Assembly: GCA_964609855.1 (NCBI GenBank)
Contig: CAZSTB010000003.1
Coordinates: 4,305-68,304, forward strand
Source: an uncultured Bdellovibrionales bacterium
GTDB taxonomy: Bacteria; Patescibacteriota; Minisyncoccia; Moranbacterales; GWC2-37-73
DNA: 64,000 nucleotides
Direction of reading: 5' to 3'
The position numbers and the translations under genes were made by a program. The notes beneath the pieces are model-generated. The model saw only the letters and a program-made list of their open reading frames with translations, had not been told where the DNA came from and did no database searches. This document shows positions 31,123 to 40,476 of this stretch, piece by piece. How positions within the stretch are numbered: position 1 is the first letter of the stretch; every line of letters begins with the position of its first letter.

Positions 31123-31151
31123 ATGATACACAATTAATGAAATTATGTCAA
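31123..31151 (-). promoter_or_regulatory. str operon promoter
   Basis: Minus strand TTGACA-17 bp-TATCAT, about 235 nt upstream of rpsL. Confidence 0.7.
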
Positions 31152-31212
31152 CTCCAAGCTGCTCTTTATTGCCTTAGCTTCGCAATTTGTCATCCAAACT
31201 GCAAAGCTTCTA

Positions 31213-31911
31213 TCATAATGCCAATCCAAAGAAAAGATTGAGCATAGTATTTAAGAAAAAGCCAAGTGGAGCGGAAAATATGATAATGAACAGTAAAAGC
31301 AGCATAAACCCGTATTGCTCAAACATAATCATAACCTCCTGACGAACAGGAAAAAGCGTAAACAAGAGCTTTGAACCATCCAGTGGCGGGAAGGGTATCA
31401 AATTAAAAAATGCCAGAATTACATTCCAAAAGATTATAATCATCAACAGCGCGAAAAAGATAGAACCCACTGACCCAGAAACCGCTGCAGAAAGCTGTTC
31501 CCATGAAGCCAACTTAACTCCCGCCACAATTGCAATCTTAACGGACAAAGGAATTGTGATAAGTTTTCCAATTATTGCAGCAACTGAAGCCACAGTTATA
31601 TTTGAACCAGGCCCACCAAGAGCAACTAACGCTGGACCCCATTTTTGGTTCTTCAGATTATAGGGGTTATAAGGTACGGGTTTTGCCCAACCAAAAGCAA
31701 ATCCGGTCGAAATAAACATCGCAATGGGTACAATAATAGATCCCCAGATATCGACATGACTAATTGGATTAAAATTGAGCCTTCCGGAATATTTTGCAGT
31801 CGAATCACCAAGCCAAAGAGCCACGTAGCCGTGTGCGACTTCATGCACGATAATTGAATAAATCAAGATTGCGATAAAAAAACCTATTAGAATAATTGAG
31901 TTCAGGTCCAT
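31213..31911 (-). CDS. Site-2 protease family (M50) intramembrane metalloprotease
   Basis: HEVAH zinc motif, FGWAKPVP, FNLIPFPPLDG. Confidence 0.93.
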   Translation of the reverse strand: MDLNSIILIGFFIAILIYSIIVHEVAHGYVALWLGDSTAKYSGRLNFNPISHVDIWGSIIVPIAMFISTGFAFGWAKPVPYNPYNLKNQKWGPALVALGGPGSNITVASVAAIIGKLITIPLSVKIAIVAGVKLASWEQLSAAVSGSVGSIFFALLMIIIFWNVILAFFNLIPFPPLDGSKLLFTLFPVRQEVMIMFEQYGFMLLLLFIIIFSAPLGFFLNTMLNLFFGLAL

Positions 31912-32011
31912 CTTTTTATAATTCGTTAGAAATTACATTTACCCCCTATTTTCAAGATTTTAAGCAAATTCACGTTAAAATCCATAAGATTAGCTTTTTT
32001 GATGTGCAGGC

Positions 32012-32040
32012 TTGCCAAATCTCACTATTCATGATACACT
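32012..32040 (+). promoter_or_regulatory. rpmB promoter
   Basis: TTGCCA-17 bp-TACACT. Confidence 0.5.
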
Positions 32041-32143
32041 GTCGAGAGTAATAAATCAATGCCATCTAAGCATACAAACATACAAGCATGCAAACAGATT
32101 GTTTCGTGTTTAAATGTTTAAATGTTTAAATGTTTTAAAGAAT

Positions 32144-32320
32144 ATGAGTCGAACTTGTACAGTATGTGGCCGCGGAACAACAGCTGGAAATTCACGAAGC
32201 CATTCAAACATCGCAACCAAGAGAACTTTCTCTATCAATATTCAAAGTAAGAAAGTTGGTGGACAGAAAATAAAAATGTGCACCAAATGCATCAAAACTG
32301 AAAATAAAGAAAAGAAATAG
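32144..32320 (+). CDS. rpmB: 50S ribosomal protein L28 (short, zinc-binding type)
   Basis: MSRTCTVCGRG, GNSRSHS..ATKR, CTKC; start ATG 32144. Confidence 0.95.
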   Translation: MSRTCTVCGRGTTAGNSRSHSNIATKRTFSINIQSKKVGGQKIKMCTKCIKTENKEKK

Positions 32321-32341
32321 TAGTTTTCAGAAAACTTTAAA

Positions 32342-32373
32342 AAAATTCCTTACCCTCAGGTAAGGAATTTTTT
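32342..32373. terminator. Bidirectional terminator between rpmB and the DUF378 gene
   Basis: AAAAATTCCTTACC-CTCA-GGTAAGGAATTTTT. Confidence 0.8.
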
Positions 32374-32393
32374 GTCATTCAGCTTAAGCTGAA

Positions 32394-32597
32394 TTATTCT
32401 CGCTTGAAAGCTCCGACTGCAAAAATCAAATACAGACCAGCCAAACCTACAAGGTCATAAATCAATCGCGACAAAAGCGACATCTCCCCGAAAAGCTCTG
32501 CCACCAAATTGTAGTTGAATAGACCCACGAAACCCCAGTTTATTGCTCCCACAATCACTAAAACCATGGCAACCCAATCCAAAGCTGTTATTTTCAT
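32394..32597 (-). CDS. DUF378 family small membrane protein
   Basis: LVIVGAINWGFVGLF.YNLV..LFG...IY.LVGLAG; GAGGAGGTGA SD. Confidence 0.9.
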   Translation of the reverse strand: MKITALDWVAMVLVIVGAINWGFVGLFNYNLVAELFGEMSLLSRLIYDLVGLAGLYLIFAVGAFKRE

Positions 32598-32720
32598 ATT
32601 TATTCACCTCCTCTAGCTTGTTAATATTTGTACATATAATACAAATTAAAACCTTTTTTGCATCAAAAAAAAATCGATTGGCTCGATTTTTTATGTCGCA
32701 AGCAAAGTCTCGCTATTTGC

Positions 32721-33077
32721 CTACTTGGAAGTTTTTTCCACTTTTAGCCTTTTTTCAGAGTCCTCCTTATCGGATTCTTCCTCTTTTTCTTTCTTTTTCT
32801 TTTCAACTTTGAAAATTCTCGATAAATACAAAGACACTGAAACAACTGCAACTGTCAAAATAATCGCATAAAGAAACTTGGCTTTAAGTCCATCGCCAGG
32901 TTCATCGAAAAATCTTTCAATGAAGGCTTTGATCGCATCATTCCACGCCAAACCAGCCACTAGTCCGAAGCTTGTTATGATATATCCAAGAGTTTTTTCC
33001 CTGACTTCTTTTTCAAGTTCCGACCCCTTGTCTTTGAAAATGACGATTCGCTTTACAATTTTTTTCATATTATCCAT
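32721..33077 (-). CDS. Small two-TM membrane protein (DUF5654-like)
   Basis: ITSFGLVAGLAWNDAIKA motif; family name recalled, not searched. Confidence 0.7.
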   Translation of the reverse strand: MDNMKKIVKRIVIFKDKGSELEKEVREKTLGYIITSFGLVAGLAWNDAIKAFIERFFDEPGDGLKAKFLYAIILTVAVVSVSLYLSRIFKVEKKKKEKEEESDKEDSEKRLKVEKTSK

Positions 33078-33266
33078 GGTTAACACTTACGAATTTGGTC
33101 ACTATCTTCTTTCAATCAACTTATTATTATGCGAGGCAGTCCCCAATCGAAATCAGGCTGACTAAATAAGAAAATCGAAGAAACGCTGACTGCTATACCT
33201 TTTCTCATTATAGCATAAAAAATCCCCAAGTGTTAAAAAACATCCATTATAACTGGATGTTTTTAA

Positions 33267-33830
33267 CTAGAGAACTTTCAGTTGTGCCACGATTTTTTCA
33301 TAATCGGGAAAGGTTTGTGCGACCAATGACCAGAAACGCTTTCCATGATTAAACTCTTTCAAATGGCAAAGTTCATGCACGATGATATAGTCCGCATGAC
33401 GCTGCGGCAGAAGCGCAATCTTATAATTGAAATTCAAATTTCCCTTGGAGCTGCAACTTCCCCATCTGGTTTTTTGGTTACGGATAGCTACTGCATTAAA
33501 ATTGAAGCCATAAATTGCATTATATTTCTCCAGTCTCTTAGTGACCATCTCTCGGGCATATTCCCTGAGCTTGAGGTATTCGCTATGATCATGTCGAGCA
33601 AAAAGACTATTTCTTCCAATCTTTTTCATAGCTTTGAGCTTCTCCAGAACCCAAACCGCATTTTGCTGCACAAAGTTTTCAGCGCTTGCTACGCTCATAT
33701 ACCACGGCAACGTCACGACACAATTTCCATCGCAAGATATGGCTAATTTAAGCCTTTTTGCTTGCCTATGTTTCCTTACCGTATATTCAATTTTCTCATT
33801 TTTCAGAGTGATTTTCTTTGTAACAGTCAT
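33267..33830 (-). CDS. YgjP/DUF45 family (M48-like) metal-dependent hydrolase
   Basis: QKTRWGSCS, YIIVHELCHL..FNH..FW. Confidence 0.9.
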   Translation of the reverse strand: MTVTKKITLKNEKIEYTVRKHRQAKRLKLAISCDGNCVVTLPWYMSVASAENFVQQNAVWVLEKLKAMKKIGRNSLFARHDHSEYLKLREYAREMVTKRLEKYNAIYGFNFNAVAIRNQKTRWGSCSSKGNLNFNYKIALLPQRHADYIIVHELCHLKEFNHGKRFWSLVAQTFPDYEKIVAQLKVL

Positions 33831-33925
33831 ATTTTTCACATTAACCAGCTTGCTATTAATCTAATACATCAATTCGCGATAAAGCATTCTTTATTGACTT
33901 TTATTTAAAAGTATGCTATAATTAA

Positions 33926-35128
33926 CTACTGCCTTATCAATGTGTTATACCTCTGGATGGTTTTATTGTAAAGCCCCACGATATCATTGAGTTTTTTTAC
34001 GTCTTTTTTATATTGCTCGAATAATTTATTATATTTTTCAACCAAGGCGTTATATTTTTCAAATTCTTGCCTTTTTTCATATTTATTCAGATCGTTTTTC
34101 CACTCAGTTAACTTTTCCTCGGCCGCAGCAACAATTTTCTTCTGTTCATTGATCATCGGCAATGTTTTCTCGAATGAAATTTTCAACTGATTTATTTCCG
34201 CGATTATCTTTTCAGTTTTTATGATGCCCAGATATTCCCTGCCTTCAGTTTTCTGCAAAATTACAACCTGACCCAACTGCCCGACAGCCGCCAAGTTCGC
34301 TTGATCCAAACTTAGTTCAGTCAATTTGGCGACATTTACAGTTTTATTGCTCGCAGAGTCGAAACTTGGAACAATCCCAATCTTATTTCCCTCCGCCGTG
34401 GTTTCGCTGTAGCAATAACCACTTCCATATGTTGAATTAGCTTTCGGACACTGAATTCCGATTGCCATATGATTATCATCCGGATATGTGAAGATTGCAG
34501 TTCCGTATCCCATAACCCTAAGCAAAGCAATTGCCAACAAACTCTTGTCGCTGCACACGCCCAACTGCTGAAAAAGAACTTCATAGGGATAACGCATCGT
34601 TTCATTGGAATTTTTAGCCAAAATATTTTCAGCTTTTGCATCGTCATACGGAATCGATTGCACGAATGCCATCGTCAAATCAACAAGCTCATCGTCAGTT
34701 AACTTTTGCTTAACGCCAAGCTGGCGAATTTTTTCCACCAGTTCAATAATCGTTTTATCCTCCTGATCGATCTTTAAAAAATTTCCATAATACTCCTCTT
34801 CCCAATTTTGTGGCAAAGTTCCCACATAGGAGAATGATTTAGGTTGATTTTTGTAAAATTCATTAACAGACTCATACAAATTCTCCGTAATTGAATATTT
34901 GACACCTTTATATTCCCATTGGTAAACGCGTTCCTTGGCGCCTTCTAATTGTGGGAAAGGCTTTTTAAAGATAATTTTCTCCGCCTCACCATCGGTAAAA
35001 TTTTCAATGACTGAAAAAACTTGCGATGAGGAAAGATTTCTTTTTTCAGCAATAAGCCAAAGTGCGCCTGCTATTAAAAGCAGCTCTAGGGAAATAATTA
35101 AAGTTTTTTTAAGCAAATTTTTCAGCAT
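33926..35128 (-). CDS. Membrane-anchored transglutaminase-like protein with C-terminal coiled coil
   Basis: FVQSIPY, RYPYEVL, GVCSDKSLL (Cys), NHMAIGI (His), YSETT (Glu). Confidence 0.7.
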   Translation of the reverse strand: MLKNLLKKTLIISLELLLIAGALWLIAEKRNLSSSQVFSVIENFTDGEAEKIIFKKPFPQLEGAKERVYQWEYKGVKYSITENLYESVNEFYKNQPKSFSYVGTLPQNWEEEYYGNFLKIDQEDKTIIELVEKIRQLGVKQKLTDDELVDLTMAFVQSIPYDDAKAENILAKNSNETMRYPYEVLFQQLGVCSDKSLLAIALLRVMGYGTAIFTYPDDNHMAIGIQCPKANSTYGSGYCYSETTAEGNKIGIVPSFDSASNKTVNVAKLTELSLDQANLAAVGQLGQVVILQKTEGREYLGIIKTEKIIAEINQLKISFEKTLPMINEQKKIVAAAEEKLTEWKNDLNKYEKRQEFEKYNALVEKYNKLFEQYKKDVKKLNDIVGLYNKTIQRYNTLIRQ

Positions 35129-35375
35129 ACAAGATAGTATTTTTTATTTTTCAAATGAGACCTCATGCACCTATGATTATACTACGCCCACCAATTTTTA
35201 GCACTAAATTTTAAAAATTGCAAAAGAAAAAAGGAGTATTCGCGGTTTACGAAAACTCCTTCTTTTGAATTGCTCTTTGTAAGAGCGGATACTCGCTTCC
35301 ATATCCTTTTTTAAAGATATGGATAGTTTATTGAATTGGATGAGGTCATCATACCAAAACAATTACTGTTAGCGA

Positions 35376-35609
35376 CTAGAGGTATGCACCCTTAACGGTT
35401 GAGCGCGGAAGTCCGGTGTTTTCAAGCTTTTCCGGATCCGAACTTGCAACCTGCGTCATGCTGAGCGGAGGTGCCGGTTGATCCTGACCATTTCTGCTCA
35501 GGCATTTTCCCTTTTCAAGTCCCGGGCATTTTCCATTGCTGCACTTTGTTTTGCAGCGTTCCTCTCCATAGCAGGATTTACAATCAAATTCCACAATATC
35601 TCTTTGCAT
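35376..35609 (-). CDS. Small Cys-rich hypothetical protein
   Basis: Six Cys in the first 40 aa; AGGGG upstream; last of four co-oriented small ORFs. Confidence 0.5.
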   Translation of the reverse strand: MQRDIVEFDCKSCYGEERCKTKCSNGKCPGLEKGKCLSRNGQDQPAPPLSMTQVASSDPEKLENTGLPRSTVKGAYL

Positions 35610-35627
35610 TTTTATCCCCTTTTTTTG

Positions 35628-35810
35628 CTATTGAACTCCCAGACCAAGATGTTTACGGATATTGTTTGCGTTGGTATTCAGCCAGCAAAAATCGTCCGCG
35701 CCCCTGCATCCGCTGAATAACCTTTCTATTCTCCGAAGCAATTTGCGTAGTTCGTGATCCGATTTTCCAGCCAAACTTACAATATTGCTTCTCGCCCTTT
35801 TCCTGATCAT
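35628..35810 (-). CDS. Small basic hypothetical protein
   Basis: GGAGGTG SD just before ATG 35810. Confidence 0.55.
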   Translation of the reverse strand: MIRKRARSNIVSLAGKSDHELRKLLRRIERLFSGCRGADDFCWLNTNANNIRKHLGLGVQ

Positions 35811-35830
35811 ATCCACCTCCAATTTTGAAT

Positions 35831-36097
35831 TTAGGCTGCCTCCCTTGAATTAAAATTTTCGCTCAACTGCTCAGGTGAAATCTTCTCCAACAACTCACGA
35901 GAAGGGTTCGCACTTTGCAGCATCCTTATTAGTGAATCATTGAGAAATACGTGTCCGCATCCGCAATCGAGTGTTTTTGTTATCAACTGCTCGGTGCGCA
36001 TGCGACTTTTGATATCTCCCGGGTGTGTCTTACCAAGTCGCTGAATCAACTGATGAAGCTTTCGTTTCAAAGCAACAGTTCTTTTCATATTCAGCAT
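35831..36097 (-). CDS. Small hypothetical protein
   Basis: AAAGGGAGGAG SD before ATG; tight spacing to neighbours. Confidence 0.6.
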   Translation of the reverse strand: MLNMKRTVALKRKLHQLIQRLGKTHPGDIKSRMRTEQLITKTLDCGCGHVFLNDSLIRMLQSANPSRELLEKISPEQLSENFNSREAA

Positions 36098-36113
36098 GAC
36101 TCCTCCCTTTAGA

Positions 36114-36317
36114 TTATTTATTTTCCTGCATGCAGCGCAGCGCCTTAATCCTTGGATCCAGATATGTTTTCAAGATAAATGCATTTTGTTTCTCCACTTC
36201 TGACGACTCAGAAAATTCCATCACACTGACAGCATCGACGCGACATTTCTCCAGAACTTCAATGTCCTGCGTCTTCTCTGCAATCCGCTGAATCTCAAAC
36301 AGATCGATGTCTAGCAA
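36114..36317 (-). CDS. Small hypothetical protein
   Basis: AAGGAGGTG SD before TTG start. Confidence 0.6.
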   Translation of the reverse strand: MLDIDLFEIQRIAEKTQDIEVLEKCRVDAVSVMEFSESSEVEKQNAFILKTYLDPRIKALRCMQENK

Positions 36318-36707
36318 ATCACACCTCCTTTTTAGTAAACCAAATTTTTAAAAAACTATCCTTATTATTATAAGCAAACAACTTGCAGCAAAATAAAAAA
36401 CCAGCTTTCGCTGGAATAATTTCAATACTACTTTTTGCTTAATTCTATGAAATATTACCCAACGAAAATTTGCCTCCGACGAGGAGAATAATGAGTCCAA
36501 ACAGGACAATCACAAATTTTTTTGTTGAGTTATTTTTCATATATCATCATTATAAACATTTTTCGCGGCCTGTCAATAACAATGAGCTTAGATAACATCT
36601 CGTATCTTGTATCGCGTATCTTGTATATCGTATTTTATACATTGCATTTATACACCATACATAATACTAGATACTAGATACTAGATACTAGATACTTTAT
36701 ACATGCA

Positions 36708-37835
36708 TCATTCCACACTTAATCCGCTCGGAGAAGCAGGAGCAACGACATCGAGAATGGAATCACTAGTAGTAATCACAACATCATCAATCTGCACAGG
36801 ATAACTGACATTCTCAGTGTACAAATGTGAACCCACATGATGATTATCCATTAATTCAACATAGTTCCAACCATTTTCAACACTTCCTCCTGACATGACA
36901 AATTCCATATTTGTCTTGTAGAACATGCGCACATCGTCCAAACTAACCTCTTGAATTCCATCTGCTGCGCCTGGTGCGGAATTCATTTTTACATGATAGG
37001 TATATTTATGCCATTCTCCATCCATCCTGATAGTGTCTACAACAGGATTACTGGAGGGCAGTGCATATGTATAACGATTATTTAAGAGGATATTCTGATA
37101 AGGATAATAACTGCTACTATTATACCAAGCATCCACGGTTTCATCATAAACTTCAGGAGTTCCATTTGAAGTTTGCGAACGGTTGTAATACTGCATAAAA
37201 TAAGGCCTGCTAGAATAAAAGCTTCCCATGTGTGGCAGCCACGCAGGGTGTGTAGGCCTAGCCTCAACCGAATGATCATCCGCCAAGGATGTTGAAACGG
37301 TCAACTCGCCATTAAACCTGGCGATATAAAAAGCCTTCGTTATACCGGAATAATTAATGTCAGACCCATCCCACCAATCCATATCACTTGGATATTTCAC
37401 CCACATCTCCACCCAAAGCTCAGGATATCCCGCTTCGCCGAAGTACATCGTAAGGGGACTGCCTCCAGCCCACCCAGTACTATATGTAGGATTACCCTTG
37501 GCTGATTCAAAATTGTAAGTCAAACCTCTTGAGCTTTCTCTACCTTGTCTCGCTCCAATAGTAGCCATTGGGCCTTGAGAAACTGCAAGAGTTGAAGGCG
37601 AAGTTCTGACCCATGAATTGGGATGCAACCACTGCCCATTCATCTTTTTGGGAGGATCCAGAGTTCTTGATGGATTGCCCGTCCAAGCATTAGGAAAACC
37701 ATTTGATATCCTAGGCGCAGACCAGTCAGCCGCATCTTCAAAGTTAGTCTCCCAAACAACAGCTGCATTTGCAAAATTTTGCAGCATGAAAAATATTGCA
37801 AGTAGGAAGAAAAATTTTAGAATTTGTTTTTGCAT
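36708..37835 (-). CDS. Secreted polysaccharide-lyase/ConA(LamG)-like protein, array copy A
   Basis: Signal peptide ending ANA; ELWVEMWVKY, GEWHKYTYHVKMNSAPGAADG, IDDVVI; ends DVVAPASPSGLSVE. Confidence 0.7.
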   Translation of the reverse strand: MQKQILKFFFLLAIFFMLQNFANAAVVWETNFEDAADWSAPRISNGFPNAWTGNPSRTLDPPKKMNGQWLHPNSWVRTSPSTLAVSQGPMATIGARQGRESSRGLTYNFESAKGNPTYSTGWAGGSPLTMYFGEAGYPELWVEMWVKYPSDMDWWDGSDINYSGITKAFYIARFNGELTVSTSLADDHSVEARPTHPAWLPHMGSFYSSRPYFMQYYNRSQTSNGTPEVYDETVDAWYNSSSYYPYQNILLNNRYTYALPSSNPVVDTIRMDGEWHKYTYHVKMNSAPGAADGIQEVSLDDVRMFYKTNMEFVMSGGSVENGWNYVELMDNHHVGSHLYTENVSYPVQIDDVVITTSDSILDVVAPASPSGLSVE

Positions 37836-37951
37836 TTCTTAATTAAGCCATTTTTATTATTGTTTCGCGTTTAACGTTACAAACCCTTATGAACTCGTAA
37901 CTTTTATATATTTTCTATTTTTGCGTTTATACTTAATAACTCATACATGCA

Positions 37952-39028
37952 TCATTCCACTCCTAATCCTGTCGGTGCTGCAGGAGCAGCGGAATCAAAC
38001 AGACCTATCACATAATCAGGAGCAAGTTGGGTTGTAGATACTACAAAGTCATCGAGTCTCATCTGATGATGAAGTGTATCAGAATCATAATAATTAGAGG
38101 TGCCAGCCATCGCCATATTGCCGAATAATACGGCGGAGTTTATTTTCCTGGTCAGATCAGTCACCACTATCTGGTCATAATATCCCCATGATGCTACAGC
38201 AGGATTATATGACGCCATATTGTTATCTGGAATTATCCACGCCTCAACGATACCGTCTGAATTTGGGGTGCTGTCCGTAAAAGTGTTCAACTTTATATGG
38301 AATTGAACAAAATTCCAATGTCCCACAACATATGCGTAGTTAGTCGCAGATGGAGAATATCCGCCGTGAGTCCAAGCATAATCACCTGAATTTGGACAAC
38401 CAACAACTCCATTGCTAGGGCCAAATATTCCCAGATAAATTCTCCAGACACCATTTCCATCAGTTACCAATTCGAAATATTGTTGCTGTCCTCTTTTATA
38501 CCCAAATTCATCGCATGTACTGTTGGGATTTTCAGTAGCAATATTGACTCCCGTATTGGAATGCATAATTTTCCAGGGACTCATGCCCGCACCTGGATTG
38601 AAGTCAGCAGGAACATACAGCCATGATTGGTACCAAATTTCATCATAGCCCGACGTTCTTCCATTACTCAAAATCAAATCGAATGACCCACCATTGATGT
38701 ACTGACTATATTCATAATCAGCAGCTAGCGATTTTCCCGAGTTGCCATGATAAACATTTTGGTCGATAGAATATAAGGGAGGAGTTAGCGCATTGCTTCC
38801 AGCTCCCTGCGCCCACGAATACCAGCAAGGCAAGTTTGTTTCATAATCACAAGGTCCGCTTGGCATATCACCGATAGTGCTGGGCCAATCATGGCTCAAA
38901 TTATCCGAAGTGCTTTGCCACGTATAGGAATTGAAGTTATCCTCAAAAACAATTGCGGCCTGAGAAAAACCAGGCACCGCAAAAAATATCGCGAGCAGTA
39001 AGAAAAATTTTAGAATTTGTTTTTTCAT
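37952..39028 (-). CDS. Secreted polysaccharide-lyase/ConA(LamG)-like protein, array copy B
   Basis: Start moved to 39028 (MKKQILKFFLLL..SQA/AIVFEDNF) by paralogy; EIWYQSWLY, WNFVQFHIKLN..DGIVEAWI, LDDFVVS; ends DSAAPAAPTGLGVE. Confidence 0.7.
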   Translation of the reverse strand: MKKQILKFFLLLAIFFAVPGFSQAAIVFEDNFNSYTWQSTSDNLSHDWPSTIGDMPSGPCDYETNLPCWYSWAQGAGSNALTPPLYSIDQNVYHGNSGKSLAADYEYSQYINGGSFDLILSNGRTSGYDEIWYQSWLYVPADFNPGAGMSPWKIMHSNTGVNIATENPNSTCDEFGYKRGQQQYFELVTDGNGVWRIYLGIFGPSNGVVGCPNSGDYAWTHGGYSPSATNYAYVVGHWNFVQFHIKLNTFTDSTPNSDGIVEAWIIPDNNMASYNPAVASWGYYDQIVVTDLTRKINSAVLFGNMAMAGTSNYYDSDTLHHQMRLDDFVVSTTQLAPDYVIGLFDSAAPAAPTGLGVE

Positions 39029-39044
39029 TAAATACCTAAAAATC

Positions 39045-39070
39045 TTGTTACGTAGCATGCTACGTAACAA
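39045..39070. promoter_or_regulatory. Perfect 26-bp palindrome between promoter and start of copy B (operator or leader hairpin)
   Basis: TTGTTACGTAGCATGCTACGTAACAA; related palindrome at 41705-41725. Confidence 0.55.
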
Positions 39071-39233
39071 CTCGCTAATTTTTATCTTATAATTATACCA
39101 CTTTTTATTGGTATTTCGTATTTCTTATACTTAACATTACAAACCTTATGAACTTGCAACGTTATAAACTTTTATGTATTTTGCATTTTTGAATTTATAC
39201 TTCATACATAATACCAAATACTTTATACTAAAG

Positions 39234-40295
39234 TTATTCCACCCCCAATCCTGTCGGTGCGGCCGGTGCAGTAATATCAGCCGTGCCAATGATATAATCT
39301 TTTCCAATAAAAGAATCACTAATCACAAAATCATCCAAAAATATTTTCATCTCCGTGTTCTCGTAGATGGTTCCTGTTTGATTTATGGTTATGTTATCCA
39401 GTGCATTGACCCAATTCCAACCAGGAGAAAGGCCATTTACTGAATCGGCGCCGACCCAAGCAAGCCCAGTCCGCTTATGATGCTGGTAAGAATTTATGCC
39501 ATCATCAACCCACACCTCCCATTCGCCATCCGCAACGCCCGGCGCGCTGTTCATCTTTACTCTGAATTCATAACTATGCCAACCACCATCCGATGGCATT
39601 GGCAGAGTATAAAAATCTTCCGCCGAAGCATCGCCAGCGCCAGGATCAAAAACGCGCGCGCCAAGAAAATGGACAGCATTGAGATCTGGCGGATTTTGAT
39701 AACCAGTGCCCGTGTTTACTGCAACCTCAGGATAGAAAGTTGGCGCCTGATAACTGGGAGCTAAAAATTGCTGCGGATTATTTACCAAGGATGGCTCCAG
39801 TTGATATCTGGAAATCCTGGCAATCTTATGATAATTCCCATTATTAATGCCTTCATTATTTATAGTCGGCCAATGAAAAGTTACTGGATCATATTTGTAA
39901 TATCCCCGCATATATAATTCTTGATATCCAGCATTTCCAAGATATAAATCCAGACCACCTCCCGCCCAGGTATGTACAGCCTCAACTGCAAAGGTGATGC
40001 CTTTTCCGGAATTTCGAGCGCCGCCAGCATCCAATTTCCAAGTTGGACCCCTGTCCCATCTTGGAATAGCTGCACTGTAAGCAGTCCAATTTTGCGGTGG
40101 GGGCTGACTTGGACCGCCTGGTTTATCTTTCCAGGTATTTGGCCAACCAGCGTTCGTGCTCGGATAAGACTCCGCCGATTGCCAATCGGGAGAGTCATTG
40201 AAATTATCCTCAAAGATAATTGCGGCCTGGGAAAAATTTGGCAGCAAGAAAAACATCGCGAGAAAAAGAAAAGTTTTCAGCATTTGCTTTATCAT
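39234..40295 (-). CDS. Secreted polysaccharide-lyase/ConA(LamG)-like protein, array copy C
   Basis: SQA/AIIFEDNF, ELYMRGYYKY, GWHSYEFRVKMNSAPGVADGEWEVWVD, LDDFVIS; ends DITAPAAPTGLGVE. Confidence 0.7.
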   Translation of the reverse strand: MIKQMLKTFLFLAMFFLLPNFSQAAIIFEDNFNDSPDWQSAESYPSTNAGWPNTWKDKPGGPSQPPPQNWTAYSAAIPRWDRGPTWKLDAGGARNSGKGITFAVEAVHTWAGGGLDLYLGNAGYQELYMRGYYKYDPVTFHWPTINNEGINNGNYHKIARISRYQLEPSLVNNPQQFLAPSYQAPTFYPEVAVNTGTGYQNPPDLNAVHFLGARVFDPGAGDASAEDFYTLPMPSDGGWHSYEFRVKMNSAPGVADGEWEVWVDDGINSYQHHKRTGLAWVGADSVNGLSPGWNWVNALDNITINQTGTIYENTEMKIFLDDFVISDSFIGKDYIIGTADITAPAAPTGLGVE

Positions 40296-40476
40296 TTCTT
40301 AATTATACCACTTTTTATTGGTATTTCCTATTTCGTATTTGGTATCTCGTATCTTATATATTGTACTCGTGTTTTGTATTCAACTTTATGAATCTTACGA
40401 ACTTTATAAGCTTTCTTGCATTCTACATCTTTTGTATTTATACATCATACATAATACTAGATACTTTATACTTGAG

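Noticed and set aside
35376-36317. Prophage
   Set aside because: No integrase, terminase, capsid or att evidence. Kept only as an orphan-ORF observation.
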